From Eledone cirrhosa (taxonomy: Eukaryota): a stretch of DNA of 64,000 nucleotides. A model generated the notes under the pieces. That model was not told the origin of the DNA, ran no database searches, and saw only the letters and a program-made list of their open reading frames with translations. This document shows, in pieces, positions 12,683 through 26,250 of this stretch. How positions within the stretch are numbered: the first letter of the stretch is position 1; the number at the start of each line of letters is the position of its first letter. Position numbers and translations under genes: made by a program. The stretch spans positions 390,848,001 to 390,912,000 of the forward strand of contig OZ024741.1 of assembly GCA_964016885.1 (NCBI GenBank), written 5' to 3'.

Positions 12683-13270
12683 ATACACGCACGCGCGCGC
12701 ACATACGTAGTCACTCATGTACATATATAAAAAAAGTATACACACATTAAGGCGTTCAGCCATATTGAAATGTGGATAAATAAATACAAATATAAAATTG
12801 TAGGATAAGCTGCGCAAAAATAAAATAAAAATAAAAATGAAAAATATATCTGGATTGAAAAACACAAAAGACAAGTATAATCAGTTAGTAGAGGAAAAAG
12901 GGAAGTAAAAAATAGAAAATAGGAAGTGGATCGGAGAATAAGGGGGGGGGGGTGAAGTAAAAAAAAATAAAAAAATAAATAAAAGTGAAAATAAATGAAA
13001 TTATTGACAAGGATAAGAATGAAAGTAAGTCAGAAAGGGTAATTAAAAAGAGAATAATCAGAGTTTATGGAGGATAAGTGTCTGAAAGTGTGTTAAGTTT
13101 ATATGAGCTGGAAAGCAGGTGTGATTTCATGTGTGGGCAACTGGTAAAAATTTCCGTCTTTGTGTTCAGGCAGGTCTTTGGTGATTTGAGATTTTGCAAT
13201 ATCTAAAATTTTTCATTTATGCAGAGCGTGCATTTTCTTGTTCCTCTATGCTATTTTTTAGATTGGTTCA
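11745..13270 (-). mobile_element. PLE 3' remnant: GIY-YIG C-terminus (~13095-13265), low-complexity 3' region, terminal hammerhead
   Basis: Minus translation HRGTRKCTLCINEKF*ILQNLKSPKTCLNTKTEIFTSCPHMKSHLL is homologous to 6514-6801. Confidence 0.75.
11752..11829 (-). ncRNA. Type I hammerhead ribozyme
   Basis: Minus strand: ATTGCCTCGT-CTGACGA-ACGAATGA...TCATTCGG-GAAA-CCTCTGG-TA-ATGAGGTAAT. Stem I is 10 bp; GUA triplet. Confidence 0.85.
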
Positions 13271-13302
13271 TATATATATATATTATATATATATATATAT
13301 TA

Positions 13303-13343
<41 letters not shown>

Positions 13344-13848
13344 GTGTGTGTGTAATTCTTGTAATTCTGTAAAGAAATATATTCTAAAAATGCCTTCATT
13401 ATTTTTTTATTTTTTTATCTTTGTCTTTGTAGGAAATATAGACCGACTGAAGTATAGAATATTTACCATAAGCTACCTAGCTGAGAGGAATTTGGAGTCC
13501 AGCATTGTATATATTGAACATTATATAACTGACATTAGTAATGGTTAGCCAAAGCTGAGTGTGTGTATGTGTGTGTTCATGTATATGTATATATGTGTGT
13601 GTGTTTTATACACACACACACACACTCTCTCTCTTTCTCTCTCTCTCTCTCTCACACATATGCACTTGGACATGTGCATGCATCAGCATCGTTGAACATC
13701 CACAAATATATGTGTATATATATATATATGTATATATATAAACACACTTGTACATACATCATCACTGTTTAAAGTCCACAAACATATATATATATGTGTG
13801 TATGTGTATGTATGTATGTATGTATATATGTATGTATGTATGTATGTG

Positions 13849-13884
<36 letters not shown>

Positions 13885-14121
13885 TGTTTATATCGGAGTT
13901 ATCCCAGTTTCCTGAGTTGCCTTCTCCTAGAAGAATGCCCTGACAAAGGCTCAGTAGTTACCGATGATGTTGATCTTTTCTTCTTTTCGGGTTATAGCTA
14001 CTGTCTCTCAGAGAGTGGGATTGGCTCAGTGCACAGTCTTTCCTCACTTTAAAAAGAATCTTCACGCACAGGCATTGCACGATAAAATTAATTAATAATT
14101 ATTAATAATGTTATATCGTGC

Positions 14122-14199
14122 AATGGCCATACTCGATAACGAGGGGGCAGCCATCATCATCATATATGTATATATATATGTATGTATATATATATATGT

Positions 14200-14286
<87 letters not shown>

Positions 14287-14446
14287 TATATGTATATATA
14301 TGTATATGTATATATGTATATATATGTATATGTATATATGTATATATATGTATATATATATATGTATGTATATATGTATATATATATATGTATGTATATA
14401 TGTATATATATATGTATATATGTATATATGTATGTATATATGTATG

Positions 14447-14479
<33 letters not shown>

Positions 14480-14595
14480 GTATGTATATGTGTATATATA
14501 TATATATATGTATGTATATATGTATATATATATATGTATATATATATGTATGTATATATGTATATATATATGTATATATATATATATGTATGTAT

Positions 14596-14643
<48 letters not shown>

Positions 14644-14794
14644 GTATATATATATGTATGTATATATATATATATGTATGTATATATATATATATGTATG
14701 TATATATGTATGTATGTATATATGTATGTATATATATATATATGTATGTATATATATATATATGTATGTATATATATATATATATATATGTATG

Positions 14795-14827
<33 letters not shown>

Positions 14828-15304
14828 ATATGTATATATATATATATGTATGTATATATGTATATATATATATATGTATGTATATATGTATGTATATATG
14901 TATGTATGTATATATGTATGTATATATGTATATATATATATATATATGTATGTATATATATATGTATGTATATATGTATATATATATATATATGTATGTG
15001 TATATGTATATATATATGTATGTATATATGTATATATATATATATATGTATGTATATATATATATATATGTATGTATATATGTATATATATATATATATG
15101 TATGTATATATGTATATATATATATATGTATGTATATATGTATATATATATATATATGTATGTATATATGTATATATATATATATATGTATGTATATATA
15201 TATATGTATGTATGTATGTATGTATATATATATATATATGTATGTATATATGTATGTATATATGTATATGTATGTATATATGTATGTATATATGTATATG
15301 TATG

Positions 15305-15338
<34 letters not shown>

Positions 15339-15345
15339 TGTATGT
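14122..15345. repeat. Compound (TA)/(TATG) microsatellite, ~1.2 kb
   Basis: Direct reading. It produces the spurious 400-480 aa ORFs. Confidence 0.95.
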
Positions 15346-15769
15346 GTTGTATGTCAGGTCACCAGTTGGTGCTACTGGTAACATGTATCCCAGTACAACC
15401 TGTCTCATGGTCGGGTCGTTGGCGACTAAACTGGCAACCCCACCAAGATTTCTTGGTGAGGAGGGTGACTTTGGACATCCTGCAGGAATAAAAACAAAAC
15501 CTGTCAAAGGGCAAAGGAGCTCTTCAGAGTCAATGGCCATCCAAAATCACCGGGAGAGATGACCCCTTAGCCTTTGTCAAGGCAGAATTCTAGGAGAAGG
15601 AAAACTGATATAACCCCTGCAACCCTGACGGTATCCAATGATGTTGACTTGTTCTTCTTTTTGGTAAATATCATCTTGGTTAAGAGAGTGGGACTGGCTT
15701 TGTGCAGTGCCTTTGCTCACTATAAAAGCTTCACGGCACAGGCATTGCTTTATATCTGGAGATCTTCAG

Positions 15770-16078
15770 CTCGGTTGTCATCTCCAGTGACGTTCTTCTG
15801 ATTTTGAAGCACCCGTGCCACTTGAAACATTTCGTACAACCATACTCAATGTCTCTGTAGCAGAAGTTGAACACAAAATTTCATGTTATCTCTTTGTTTC
15901 AAGACTACAGCATACACATAGTCAGAGATTTCACAACTTGTGAAGTGAACACTGCGATGTCACTCGGCACACTGGTGCATGAAGGTTAGTGCTGGTTCTC
16001 ACAGTGTACACACCTGTGTGTTGTGGTTCGTTGGCTGGCTACAGAACAAGCCTGGAAACTATTTGATACCACCTCGTA
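15770..16078 (-). mobile_element. Mariner-type DNA transposon 5' relic
   Basis: TIR-like TACGAGGTGGTATCAAATAGTTTCC, followed by the frameshifted N-terminal HTH pattern MKFCVQL / ATETLSM / FKWHGCFK..RTSLE. Confidence 0.6.
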
Positions 16079-16694
16079 TGTGTATGTATATATATATATA
16101 TTTAGTCTTCACATTTGTTATTATTACTATATATATATAATGTATGTATGTATTTGTGTGTGTATGTATATGTATGTATACGTATGTATATATATATATA
16201 AATGTTTGTATATATATATATAAATGTATGTATATATATATATATATATATGTATGTATACATGTGTATATGTATGTATACATGTGTATATGTATGTGTA
16301 TGTGTGTATATATGTGTGTGTGTGTGTGTAACTTTTTATCGTTCTCACTCTTTTATCTCATTTTTTTTTTCTTTTCTCTATTTTCTCAAATTCTTATTAC
16401 CTTGGCGCTTATACCTTGCATTTTCAGGTTTCTTAATAACCAAACTTATTTCCTAGTTGTATCTGCATATAAATATATAATATATATATATATATAATAA
16501 GAATGAGGGGCTCATTCTACTGACATGCATAATTGCTAACGAATTGAATATTATCATTAATATTTGAAAAATTCAAATTATATACATATATTCACAAATG
16601 TCTGTTTCTTTTTTTTTTTTTAAGAAGTGGGTGTACTCGGAGACAAGTTAGTTTGCACTATACATGTATATATATATATATATATATACTTTAC

Positions 16695-16855
16695 TACTGT
16701 AAATGTGGTTGGTGTTAGGAAGGGCATCCAACTGTAGAAAACCTGCCAGACAGTCCTATGCGAGCAAGACAATCACTCTTGCCTCAAGTGGGACTACCCC
16801 CGTCCAAACCCATGCAAGCGTGGAACACGGACGTTAAACGTTGATGATGATGATA
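16695..16855 (+). mobile_element. RTE 3' terminal fragment with (GAT)n tail
   Basis: Ends ggacgttaaacgttgatgatgatgat; matches 24575-24735. Confidence 0.8.
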
Positions 16856-16861
16856 TATATT

Positions 16862-19360
16862 ATCATAATCATCATTGTTTTACGTCCATTTTTCCAAGCT
16901 TGCATGGGTTAGACGAGTTGTCCCGTTGTGGGCAATGCTAGGTTAGGTGACCATGTCTTGCTCATACAGATCTGATTTTGCCTTGGTTTCTACAGCTGGA
17001 TGCCCTTCCTAATGCCAACCTTATTTACAGTGTGGATTGGGTGCTTTTTGTCGTGATGCCTTCACGACCACTTTACAGTGTGGGCTGGGGGCTTCACTGG
17101 ATGTATACTTCAGCCTGTCCTCGTGGGAGGGTGGGTGGGGTGGTGCATACTGTATATATGCTTCAGCTTCAGCCTGTACCTATGGGAAGTTGGGTCTTCT
17201 GTATTACTGCGTAATGCCAGGGATCTCAGTCCTTTGAGAGGTGAAATTGGGCAAGGTCAGCTTTTATTACCTCATCTTAAGTCTTCCTGGGTCTCCCCAT
17301 CTAAGGCTTCCATCTACTTTGAGCGCTCTGCACCTTTTTATACAGCTATCATCCTTCATATGCATCACATTTCCATGCCAACACAATCTCCTCTCCTGCA
17401 CACCGCATTTGATTCCTCTTATGCCTAGTTTCCCTCTCGGTTCATTTATGCTTTGCCGTTCACGTATATTACTATTACACATCCAACGGAGCATGCAAGC
17501 TCCATTTCTTTCCAATCTATGCAAGTCTTCTGCACACAGCACCCAGGTCTCACTGCCATGCAACATTGCTGTTCGTATGCATACATCATGCAGTTTGCCT
17601 TTCATTTTGAGGGAAAAGCCTTTTGTAGCTAACAATGGTCGTAGCTCCCTGAACTTCTTCTATCCCGTTCATACTCTGGCTACTGTACTTTCAGAACACC
17701 CACTTCCACTGCTAATTTGGTCACCCAGGTAGCAGAAGCTGTCTAGTGTTTCTACTGAGCCCTCCCAAAGTTTGATAGCGTTTGTTCCCTGTGGTCATTT
17801 GCTGCTTACTACCCCTACAGTGCAGCATTGTACACTGCACACAGGCATCATACAGCCTTCTTTTTGTTGTCAGCAGTGGGAGCAGTTCCCTAAACTTCTG
17901 GGTCCTATCTTCTTTCCTACTCACTAGCACTTTAGTTTTGGCTAAGTTTATTCTTAGACCTTTTGATTCCAAATTCAGTTTCCATAATCAGAATTTATTT
18001 TCTAGTTCTTTTTTTAGTTTCAGCTATAAGGACCAAATCATCTGCATCAAGAAATTCCCATTAGCAGCCCGTTTTCAACTCCTCTGTTATGGCCTGAAGA
18101 ACTATGATGAAGAGCAGTGGGCTAAGGACTGGACCTTGATGAACTATCTATACCTTGAATTCCTCGCTAAACTCATTTCATACTCTCACTTTACTGACAG
18201 CTCCTCTGTACATAGCTTACACTGCTCTCACAAGCCATTCTTCTATGCCTAATTTCCTTAAGGACCACCAAATAATAGATCAAGGTATTCTCTACATCAA
18301 CAAAAACTAAATATAGTGGCATATTTTTGGCTAGGTACTACTCTTGCAGTTGCCTCGCTAAGAAGAGGGCATCTGTAGTACTTTTCCCAGGCATGAAACC
18401 AAACTGCATCTCATCTATTTTGACTTTTTCCCTAATTAGCTGCTCTATAACTCTTTCTGTCACTTTCATAACTTGGTCCATTAGTTTTATTCTTCTATAG
18501 TTGCTCCACTCTAGAGTATCATCTTTCCCCTTGTAGCAATTTATGATTATACTGCTGCGCCAGACATTGGGTATGACGATGTCATGTATTACTTGATTTA
18601 CTACAGGTTACTTGTTTGATTCCTACCTCTCCCGATGTTTTTAGTATCCAAGCACCTATTTCTGATGGTCCCATAGCTTTACCACTCATCTCCTTGATTG
18701 TGTCTTTGACCCTAAAACTGTCAACTTCAATAGCTGGTCCTTCCTTTGGGTAAGTTGGGGGTAGTTTCCCTTCCTCCCATTTATTGTCTACATTTATCAA
18801 TTTCTTGTAACATTTCCAACATTTGAGCATCAATGGTGCTAGGTGCACTAACGCCATTTCAAACACATTTTTCCCCAACAACATCTCGATTCACAATAAC
18901 ACACTGCCCTACAATATGGAACACTTCACGCCTCTAATCCACTGTCTCAAGACATTGGCAAATTTAAATTCTTTAGCCTCTCTCCAAGCTGTGTATATAT
19001 GTCGCCTAACTTCTTTCTTAGCTACTCGGTACTTGTGTCTGCTACCCCCTTTTTTCCTGTCTTTCCATGTTTGTCTCTTGGCTTCAATGGCTGTATCTAT
19101 TGTGCTGTTCTGCCACCAAGTCACCCTCTTTCTGGCTGGTGCTTTACTCTAGCCACAACTCTCATCAGTAGTTCACAAAAACGTTGTCGCATAGGAATTT
19201 TCAATTGTCCTCTGTTATATGTATCTAGCTCATCATCCCTCTCAACAAGTGCATCCTATAGGGCCTTTCTAAACCTATATTTAACCGAGAGGTCTTTTAG
19301 CTTCCACACCCTCCATCTCCATATTTTCCTGTTTGCACTACTGTGTTTTGATTGGTGTAG
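16862..19360 (-). mobile_element. Decayed RTE copy (same family as 108-3227)
   Basis: Fragments MTWWQN, EGPAIEV, GFSLKMKGKLHDVCIRTAMLHGSETW, RLCWHG; 3' UTR and (GAT) tail; many stops and frameshifts. Confidence 0.9.
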
Positions 19361-19734
19361 GTGACTAAAGTGGCATGTAGGGGTAGAAGTGTGGGAAAAT
19401 GGGGTATGACGCTGATAGGAGAAAAAAATACAAGGGTGCATGTTATGATGCTTGAAGTGAAGGAAATAAGAGAATACGATGCCATTGGGGGAGGAGTTTT
19501 TATGTTTTCTCTAGAAAATTGTAACTCAGTACGAAAGAAGAATGAAGCGAGAGAGCGAGAAAAGTTATGGCCAGCAAGAGAGAAAGATGCAGAGGTAGCA
19601 TGTTATGAAGTCTAATGTAGTGTAAAGGAGAAATGGAGATTTTTAGCTGGAAGAATATATATAAATATATATGAATATAATATTTCAAACATAACTTATT
19701 CATCCTGATTTTTCTTTTTTCTTAAACATTGACA

Positions 19735-20023
19735 ATAGGTGACACAACAAAAAATGCCCAGCCCACACTGTAAAGTGGTCATGTAGGGGGCCATGATAAA
19801 AAGCGCCCAGTCCACACTGTAAAGTGCTTGTGTTGGTGACACGACAAAAAGCACCGAGTACACGCTGCAAATGTGGTTGGCGTTAGGAAGGGTATCCAGC
19901 TGTAGAAATCGAGCCAAAATCAGTTTTGCGTGAGCAAAACAGTCTCCAAACCTGGCTGTCTCGCAATGGGACAACTCGTCTAACCCATGCTAGTGTGGAA
20001 AATGGACGTTAAATGATGATGAT
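19735..20023 (+). mobile_element. RTE 3' UTR fragment with (GAT)n tail
   Basis: Subrepeats plus ggacgttaaatgatgatgat. Confidence 0.8.
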
Positions 20024-20412
20024 TTTAAAGAAATGTATGCCAAAATTTATATAAAAATTTGCCAGAATTTACAGCAGAAGAAATCCCAAATAAAAAAAGA
20101 CACAAGTATGTTTCATGTATATATGTGAAGGAATAAATTGTTTTCATACTTTTGTTGACATTTTTTTCGCTACTTAGTATTGATGTCATTGAACAGTTTG
20201 TATTGTATGTATAAGGGGGTATGTGTATGCATTAAAAGAGAGTCCCCCATTTCTTGATCCTTAAACAAAGAAAATAGTTTAATATCACTCTAGTTGTTAT
20301 TTCATTTGTTCTCTGATAAAAGTTTTACCTTATTTTCTGATGCATTGATATAATTAATGCACAATTTTTAATCACTATGGGCTTGTCTGAGTGAGTATGT
20401 GTATGTACTGCC

Positions 20413-22316
20413 GGATAGTAAACCAAGTAATACAGAATGGGGTCATACCAAATGACTGGTGTAGCAGCATCATCATCATTAACTGCTACAAGGCTAAAAG
20501 GTGATGCCCTAGATAGGGGGAAACTATAGAGGCATTAAATTAATTGACCAGGTCATGAAGGTCACAGAAAAAGTTATAGTGCAACTAATCAGAGAGAGAA
20601 TTGATCTAGATGAAATGCAGTTTGGGTTTGTGTCAGGTAAAAGTACCACAGACGCTCTTTTCCTTGTACGACAACTACAGGAGAAGTACCTAGCTAAAAG
20701 TAAACCCTATACTTAGCTTTTGTTGACTTGGAGAAAGCCTTCGACAGAGTCCCCCACTCCATTATCTGGTGGGTTCTTAGAAAACTAGGTGTTGATGAAT
20801 GGCTTGTGAGAGCTATACAAGCCATGTATAAAGAAACAGTCAGCAAGGTTAGAATTAACAACGAATAAAGTGAAGAATTTAGCGTAAAAGTTGGTGTTCA
20901 TCAGGGCTCTGTCCTTAGCCCCCTCCTATTTATTATTGCCCTTCAGGCTATAACAGAGGAGTTCAAGACCGGCTGCCCATGGAACTTCTATACGCAGATG
21001 ATCTAACGCTCATCAAAAGCTGATCTAAAGCTGAATCAATGGCTGAACTAGAGAAGAAATTCCAAACATGGAAGCATGGCCTAGAATCAAAAGGCCTTAA
21101 AGTTAACTTGACTAAGACTAAAGTTCTAGTATGTAGGAAGGAAAATAGGGCACTGGTCCCCTCTGGGAAATGGCCATGCTCAGTGTGTAGGAAAGGAATA
21201 AGCAGAAACTCCATTTTATGTCCCAAATGCAAAGTATGGGTGCATAAAAGATGTAGTGGTAAGCTAACTAAGAACATAGATTTTATATGTGGCCGGTGCT
21301 CAGGTGCAATAAGTAGCAGCAAGTGCCCACAGAATACTAGCTCATTCCATTGCACAGATGGTTCTATAGAAATAGTGGACACCTTCCGTTACCTGGGTGA
21401 CAAAATCAGCAGTGGTGGAGGGTGCTCTGAAAGTACAGTAGCTAGAGTCAGAACGGGATGGAAAAAGTTCAGAGAGCTTATACCACTATTGGCCGCTAAA
21501 GGGTTCTCTCTAAAAATGAAAGGTAGGTTGTATGATGCCTGCATACGAACAGCAATGTTACATGGCAGCGAGACCAGGGCATTGTGTGCAGAGGATCTGC
21601 GCAGACTGGAGAAGAACGAAGCTTGCATGCTCCGTTGGATGTGTAATAGTAATATACGTGAGCGGCAAAGCATAAATGAACTAAGTGAGAAATTAGGAAT
21701 AAGAGTGATCAGATGTTGTTTACTCGAGAGAAGACTACGTTGGTATGGTCACGTGATGCACATGAAAGACGACAGCTGTATAAAAAAAAAGGTGCAGGGC
21801 GATCAAAATAGACTAGCCACGGAGTAGGCAGACCCAGAAAAACCTGTGACGATTTGATAAATTCCGACCATACACCGTCCAAGACAATGTCACTGGACCG
21901 AGATCTTTGTCGCTATGCAGTAATACGAAAGACCCGCCTTGCCTAAGTCCAAAGCGAAACCTACAGTCAGTAGGCACCTCTTAACCAAAAATACATGCCC
22001 ATCCCACTGCCCTACCCCCACCCCTTTCTCTGTAAAGTTATGTTGGTACCACATCATCCAGTCCTAAATAAATGAGGTCGTGTAGGTGTCACGACAAAAA
22101 AACACACAGTCCATGCTGTAATGTGGCCGTGTAGGTAACACGGTAAAAACCTTCCAGTCCACACTAAACGTGGTTGGTTTTAGGAAGGGTATCCAGACTT
22201 AGAAAACCCGCCAGACAGTCCTATACGAGCAAGACAACCAATCTTGCCTCACGTGGGACAATTCCTGTCTAAACCCATGCTAGTGTGGAAGATAGATGTT
22301 AAATGATGATGATGAC
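20413..22316 (+). mobile_element. 5'-truncated decayed RTE copy retaining the PHD insert
   Basis: NYRGIKL, DLEKAFD, GVHQGSVLSP, then ORF 21039-21827 with KWPCSVC...CPKC..HKRC...CGRC, then 3' UTR and (GAT)n tail. Confidence 0.9.
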
Positions 22317-22449
22317 TGGCACATCTTCATGATGCTCAGGAATATTTAACTTTTTTACTGCCATATTTTTAAATGACCATATCAAAACCAATTATTTCAC
22401 TCCTGAAGTCTCGAGACACTAGTTATTGTATTATTATTATTATTATTAT

Positions 22450-23110
22450 TACCAGTCTCTGTTCACAGTACCTTGGGACGAGTGTGAACTCGTCACTTTT
22501 TAATAGGGCCATAGAGTGCTGACCCTGTAACCATTTTTCTTCACCATTCGCCTGGCCTCATTCAGTTCTTCCTGGCTTATCTCAATCGTTATGTTCTTGT
22601 TTGCCACTTTAGCAAAGGACACTGTGGACAGAGGCTGGTAAGAATAAGGGTGACGCAGGTTCTGCCGGCCATTGACATTCTCTGGCTGATGGCTGCCGTC
22701 CTCTGACAGAAAAGTGATTGAGGTGATTAGAGTAAAACAGGAGAACTGGACCGGATCTTGAATGGAGCTCCTGATCCAAGCTGACCAAAAAAACATCTAA
22801 GAGGTTCCAGGGGTGATAGACCTGAATGATGGCAGCCACCTCACCATAATCGTTGAAGATAAAAAGCCTAGGTATGTTGTTTGCATTGAGGGAACCCACC
22901 TAAAGGCCTTCTGTCAGGGGATGGTTAAAAAATTAAGGCCACCTCTCCTGCCCACCCCAGTGACTCAACCAGCAGCAACAGTAGCAAGAGCAAAACCACC
23001 ACTGCGCCAGAAGTAGCACCAGCGCCTCCACTGTCCACCACGCCGCAACCAACACCAACGACTGTGGAGGAGATTCCACTCCCCGACCTCTCACAACTGG
23101 AGACGGATTG
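22450..23110. mobile_element. LINE ORF1 (Tx1/L1-like) relic with internal inversion
   Basis: Minus ~22500-22690 encodes SFAKVANKNITIEISQEELNEARRMVKK. Plus ~22710-23110 encodes a downstream ORF1-like region with a degenerate knuckle, PRYVVCIEGTHLKAFC. Confidence 0.55.
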
Positions 23111-23234
23111 TGACACATATACATACTACATACCCATGCACATATATACACATACATATATATAAGTAAAAGATATCCATGCATACACACACACACATAT
23201 ATATATACAAAGAGGGATATCATTCTTACAGAGA

Positions 23235-24165
23235 TAGTGCTCTTCTTCACACATGTGCAGTACCAGTCAAAACAATTGTTTGCACCTCTTGCAGAGGGTA
23301 AACCAGGAATCATTCACAAATACTGTTCTGTTCCTTTCTTGATCATTCCCAGTGCTCCCGCAATTACTGGTATTGTAACGGCCTAGAGGGGCCACAATTT
23401 TTCGACTTCAATAAGCAGATCTTTACATTTTCTTAGCTTGTCAAATTCTTGTGATCACATGGGATGCTCATATCAATTAATAAACAGACCTTGCTATATT
23501 GGTCTTTAACAATGATACCTGGTCTATTAGCTTTTATGATCCGGTCAGGAAAGTCCCAAGAATTGTTACTTTTTCTCCTTCAGTTACAGCCTCAGGGTGA
23601 TGATTGTACCACTTGTCAGCTGCTTTGATTTTATAATGCCGACATATTACCCAGTGTAGATATTAGCCAACTCTGTCATGTCTATATTTGTACTCTACTG
23701 GGGCTAAAACTTTACATTCAGAAACTAGGTGGTCCACTGTTTCAACTTCAACATTGCAGAATCAGCACTTTAGATTTACTCCATTTCTCATCACACTGGC
23801 CTGGTAATTCCATGTCAGTAAGCTTTGATCTTGGGCAGCTAAGATGAAGTCTTTGCTCTCTGCTTTTAGCCTTGAGCTACATAGCCACTGATGGGTGTGC
23901 TTTTGGTCAACACTTGTTTGTTTGCTACGGGCCACATATTTGCCATGCAGAGGTTTCTGCTCCCACTTTGATGCTAATTGGTCTTGCCCTTTTGCTTTTG
24001 CCATTAATTTTATGTGCTTAGCAGCATTAATTGCAAGTTTCCTTAGTCTGTCCAACCTGGGGATCAAGCATGAGATCAGTAGCATATTTTTAATAATGAG
24101 AACTTCTGTGATATGTGTGTTCCTGTGCTTGTGTGTTTGACTGGTTAATAATTCAGATCCATTAT
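23235..24165 (-). mobile_element. R4/Dong-like (RLE) non-LTR retrotransposon 3' fragment
   Basis: KWEQKPLHGKY, AAQDQSL, C*FC...ETVDHLVSEC...RHD, WDF, ANRPGII, IDMSIP. Confidence 0.8.
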
Positions 24166-24169
24166 TAGT

Positions 24170-24362
24170 GTAGTGGATTGGCAGTATCGGTAGAGGGTCA
24201 GACGTCATGCTTTGCAGCAAAGAGTTACGGCCCTTTATGGTCTGAGTTCAAATCCCGCTGAGGTTAACTTTGCCTTTCATCCTTACAGGGTCGATAAAAT
24301 AAAGTACCAGTAACGTACTGGGAAATTGCTGGCCTTGTGCCAAAAGTAGAAACAATTATTAG
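24170..24362 (+). mobile_element. tRNA-derived SINE
   Basis: A-box-like tggcagtatcggtaga and B-box gagttcaaatcc, then gtcgataaaataaagtaccag...gctggccttgtgcc. Copies at 37817-38010 and elsewhere. Confidence 0.75.
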
Positions 24363-24735
24363 TTAAAACCTACTACAGTCAGTAGGCATCTCTAACAAAA
24401 TACACCCCCGTCCCACCCCACTCCATCCACACCGCCCCCTTCTATGTAAAGTTATGTTGGTGCCACACCATCCAGGCCGAAACAAATGAGATCGTGTAGG
24501 TGTCACGACAAAAAAACACAGTCCACGCTGTAATGTGGCCGTGTAGGCAACACGGTAAAAACCTCCCAGACCCACACTGTAAATGTGGTTGGTGTTAGGA
24601 AGGGCATCCAACTGTAGAAAACCTGCCAGACAGTCCTATGCGAGCAAGACAATCACTCTTGCCTCAAGTGGGAAAACCCCCGTCCAAACCCATGCAAGCG
24701 TGGAACAGGGACGTTAAACGATGATGATGATGATG
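24363..24735 (+). mobile_element. RTE 3' UTR fragment with (GAT)n tail
   Basis: Matches 21955-22316. Confidence 0.85.
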
Positions 24736-24739
24736 TAAG

Positions 24740-24776
<37 letters not shown>

Positions 24777-24859
24777 GACATGTGGAGTAAAGTGTTAGTA
24801 TGTGGAAATCATGGTGAATGTAGCACTTCTGTTTGTGATAACTGAATCTCCAAGCCATA

Positions 24860-25085
24860 GTTTTTCCATAATGGCGTAAGCAGCCCTTAAAAACCTAATT
24901 TTTTTTAGCACAATGACTTCAAAACCTATAGATCCTGGATTTCTCACTGAAACAAAGGGAACATCTCTTTCTTCTGCTAATATACGGTCTTAACTTCTCC
25001 AGAATTCTCCATTTTACTGTGATGGGGATTTCTTTAATTGTCAGGCTCATTTTGCTAGGGCTTTGGTGACCTCCATTTTGCTTGA
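24860..25085 (-). pseudogene. PLE GIY-YIG C-terminal relic
   Basis: Minus translation ITVKWRILEKLRPYISRRKRCSLCFSEKSRI. Confidence 0.65.
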
Positions 25086-25944
25086 GTTACACACATTCTC
25101 AACAATAAAGAACCCCTTCACTTGTCTTTTTCCCTTGTCTTTCTAAAGTTCAGCATTATGAAATCAGCTTTCACCACTTCTACCCGCGTTTTCTTTGGTC
25201 ATCCTCTTCCATAACTTCCTTCACTTAACAATCATCATCCAGATTCATTACATGCAGTCTTATTTCCACCACACTACATCTAATTCCTTTTAAGAGAGAG
25301 AGAGAAAGTCATTACACATATAGGCTAAAGATGTAATACAAACCTGGAATTTACAGGGAAGAAATATTCATTTAAGAATAAGACATTATTTTTCGTGATC
25401 TGGAAGAACCAATTCAAGGTGTGGTTAATAATTAATTAACGAATTAGTTATATAAATTGCCAATGGCTCAGAGAAAAACAGTATCAACCAGTTCATTGGT
25501 TAGCCGAATATGTTTCTTAAAGAAATACTGAAGACAAATTCATCTCCTTGTCTAGAATATTTATCTAAGGGAAGTAATACAACTAAATAGAATCAATTGA
25601 ATTACAAACCCTTCTACAAATCTCAACTCTTGTACTTTTTTCAAAAATTCTTGTATTGAACATTTGGGGAAGGATAAAATATGAGAATAACTGACTGGAT
25701 TATTCCAATATGAAACACACACAGCAAGAGAAAATATAGAAAGACCTATATATAAACTACATACATATGTTGGACTGAGCATTTAGCTCCAATTTCCGAC
25801 AAGGTTAATGTTCAGATATGAAGGTACTAAAAAGAAGCCTAGCAGCAGTCACATTCACCATGAAATGAAATAAACCAAAATGATCCTCACTCTTGAAACT
25901 CAGATAAAGGAGCTTTTTCTTAAAATATATCCAATCTTTATGCA

Positions 25945-26250
25945 GGAAGCAGCATGGCTGAGTGGTTAAGACGTTTGTTTCACAATTATGAGATTCCAGG
26001 TTCTTTCTCACTGTGGACAAGTCTATTTTTAATTGTAGCTTCAGATCAACCCAAACCTTGTGAGAGAAAATGAGGAAATTGAAATTATGTGGAAGTCTGT
26101 TAGATGGTACACTGTCATACTGATTCTACTTGAGAATTACGTTAAAGGTACATACAAGCATTTGTGGAATACTCAGCCACTTGCATTATAATTTAATGAG
26201 TAGCTGTTGTGATGACTGCACAACTAGAACATTCATCACTGAAACTAATG
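25945..26250 (+). mobile_element. Old tRNA-derived SINE
   Basis: tRNA-like head tggctgagtggttaag...caggttc. Related minus copies at ~31920-32060, 32740-32960 and 58725-58925. Confidence 0.5.

Noticed and set aside
14092-15562. ORFs of 399-484 aa, and dozens of similar YI/VC/HT-rich ORFs across the window
   Set aside because: They are translations of (TA)/(TG)/(TATG) microsatellites that happen to lack stops; no coding signal.
24170-24260. tRNA gene
   Set aside because: A/B boxes belong to a multi-copy SINE head; no complete cloverleaf.
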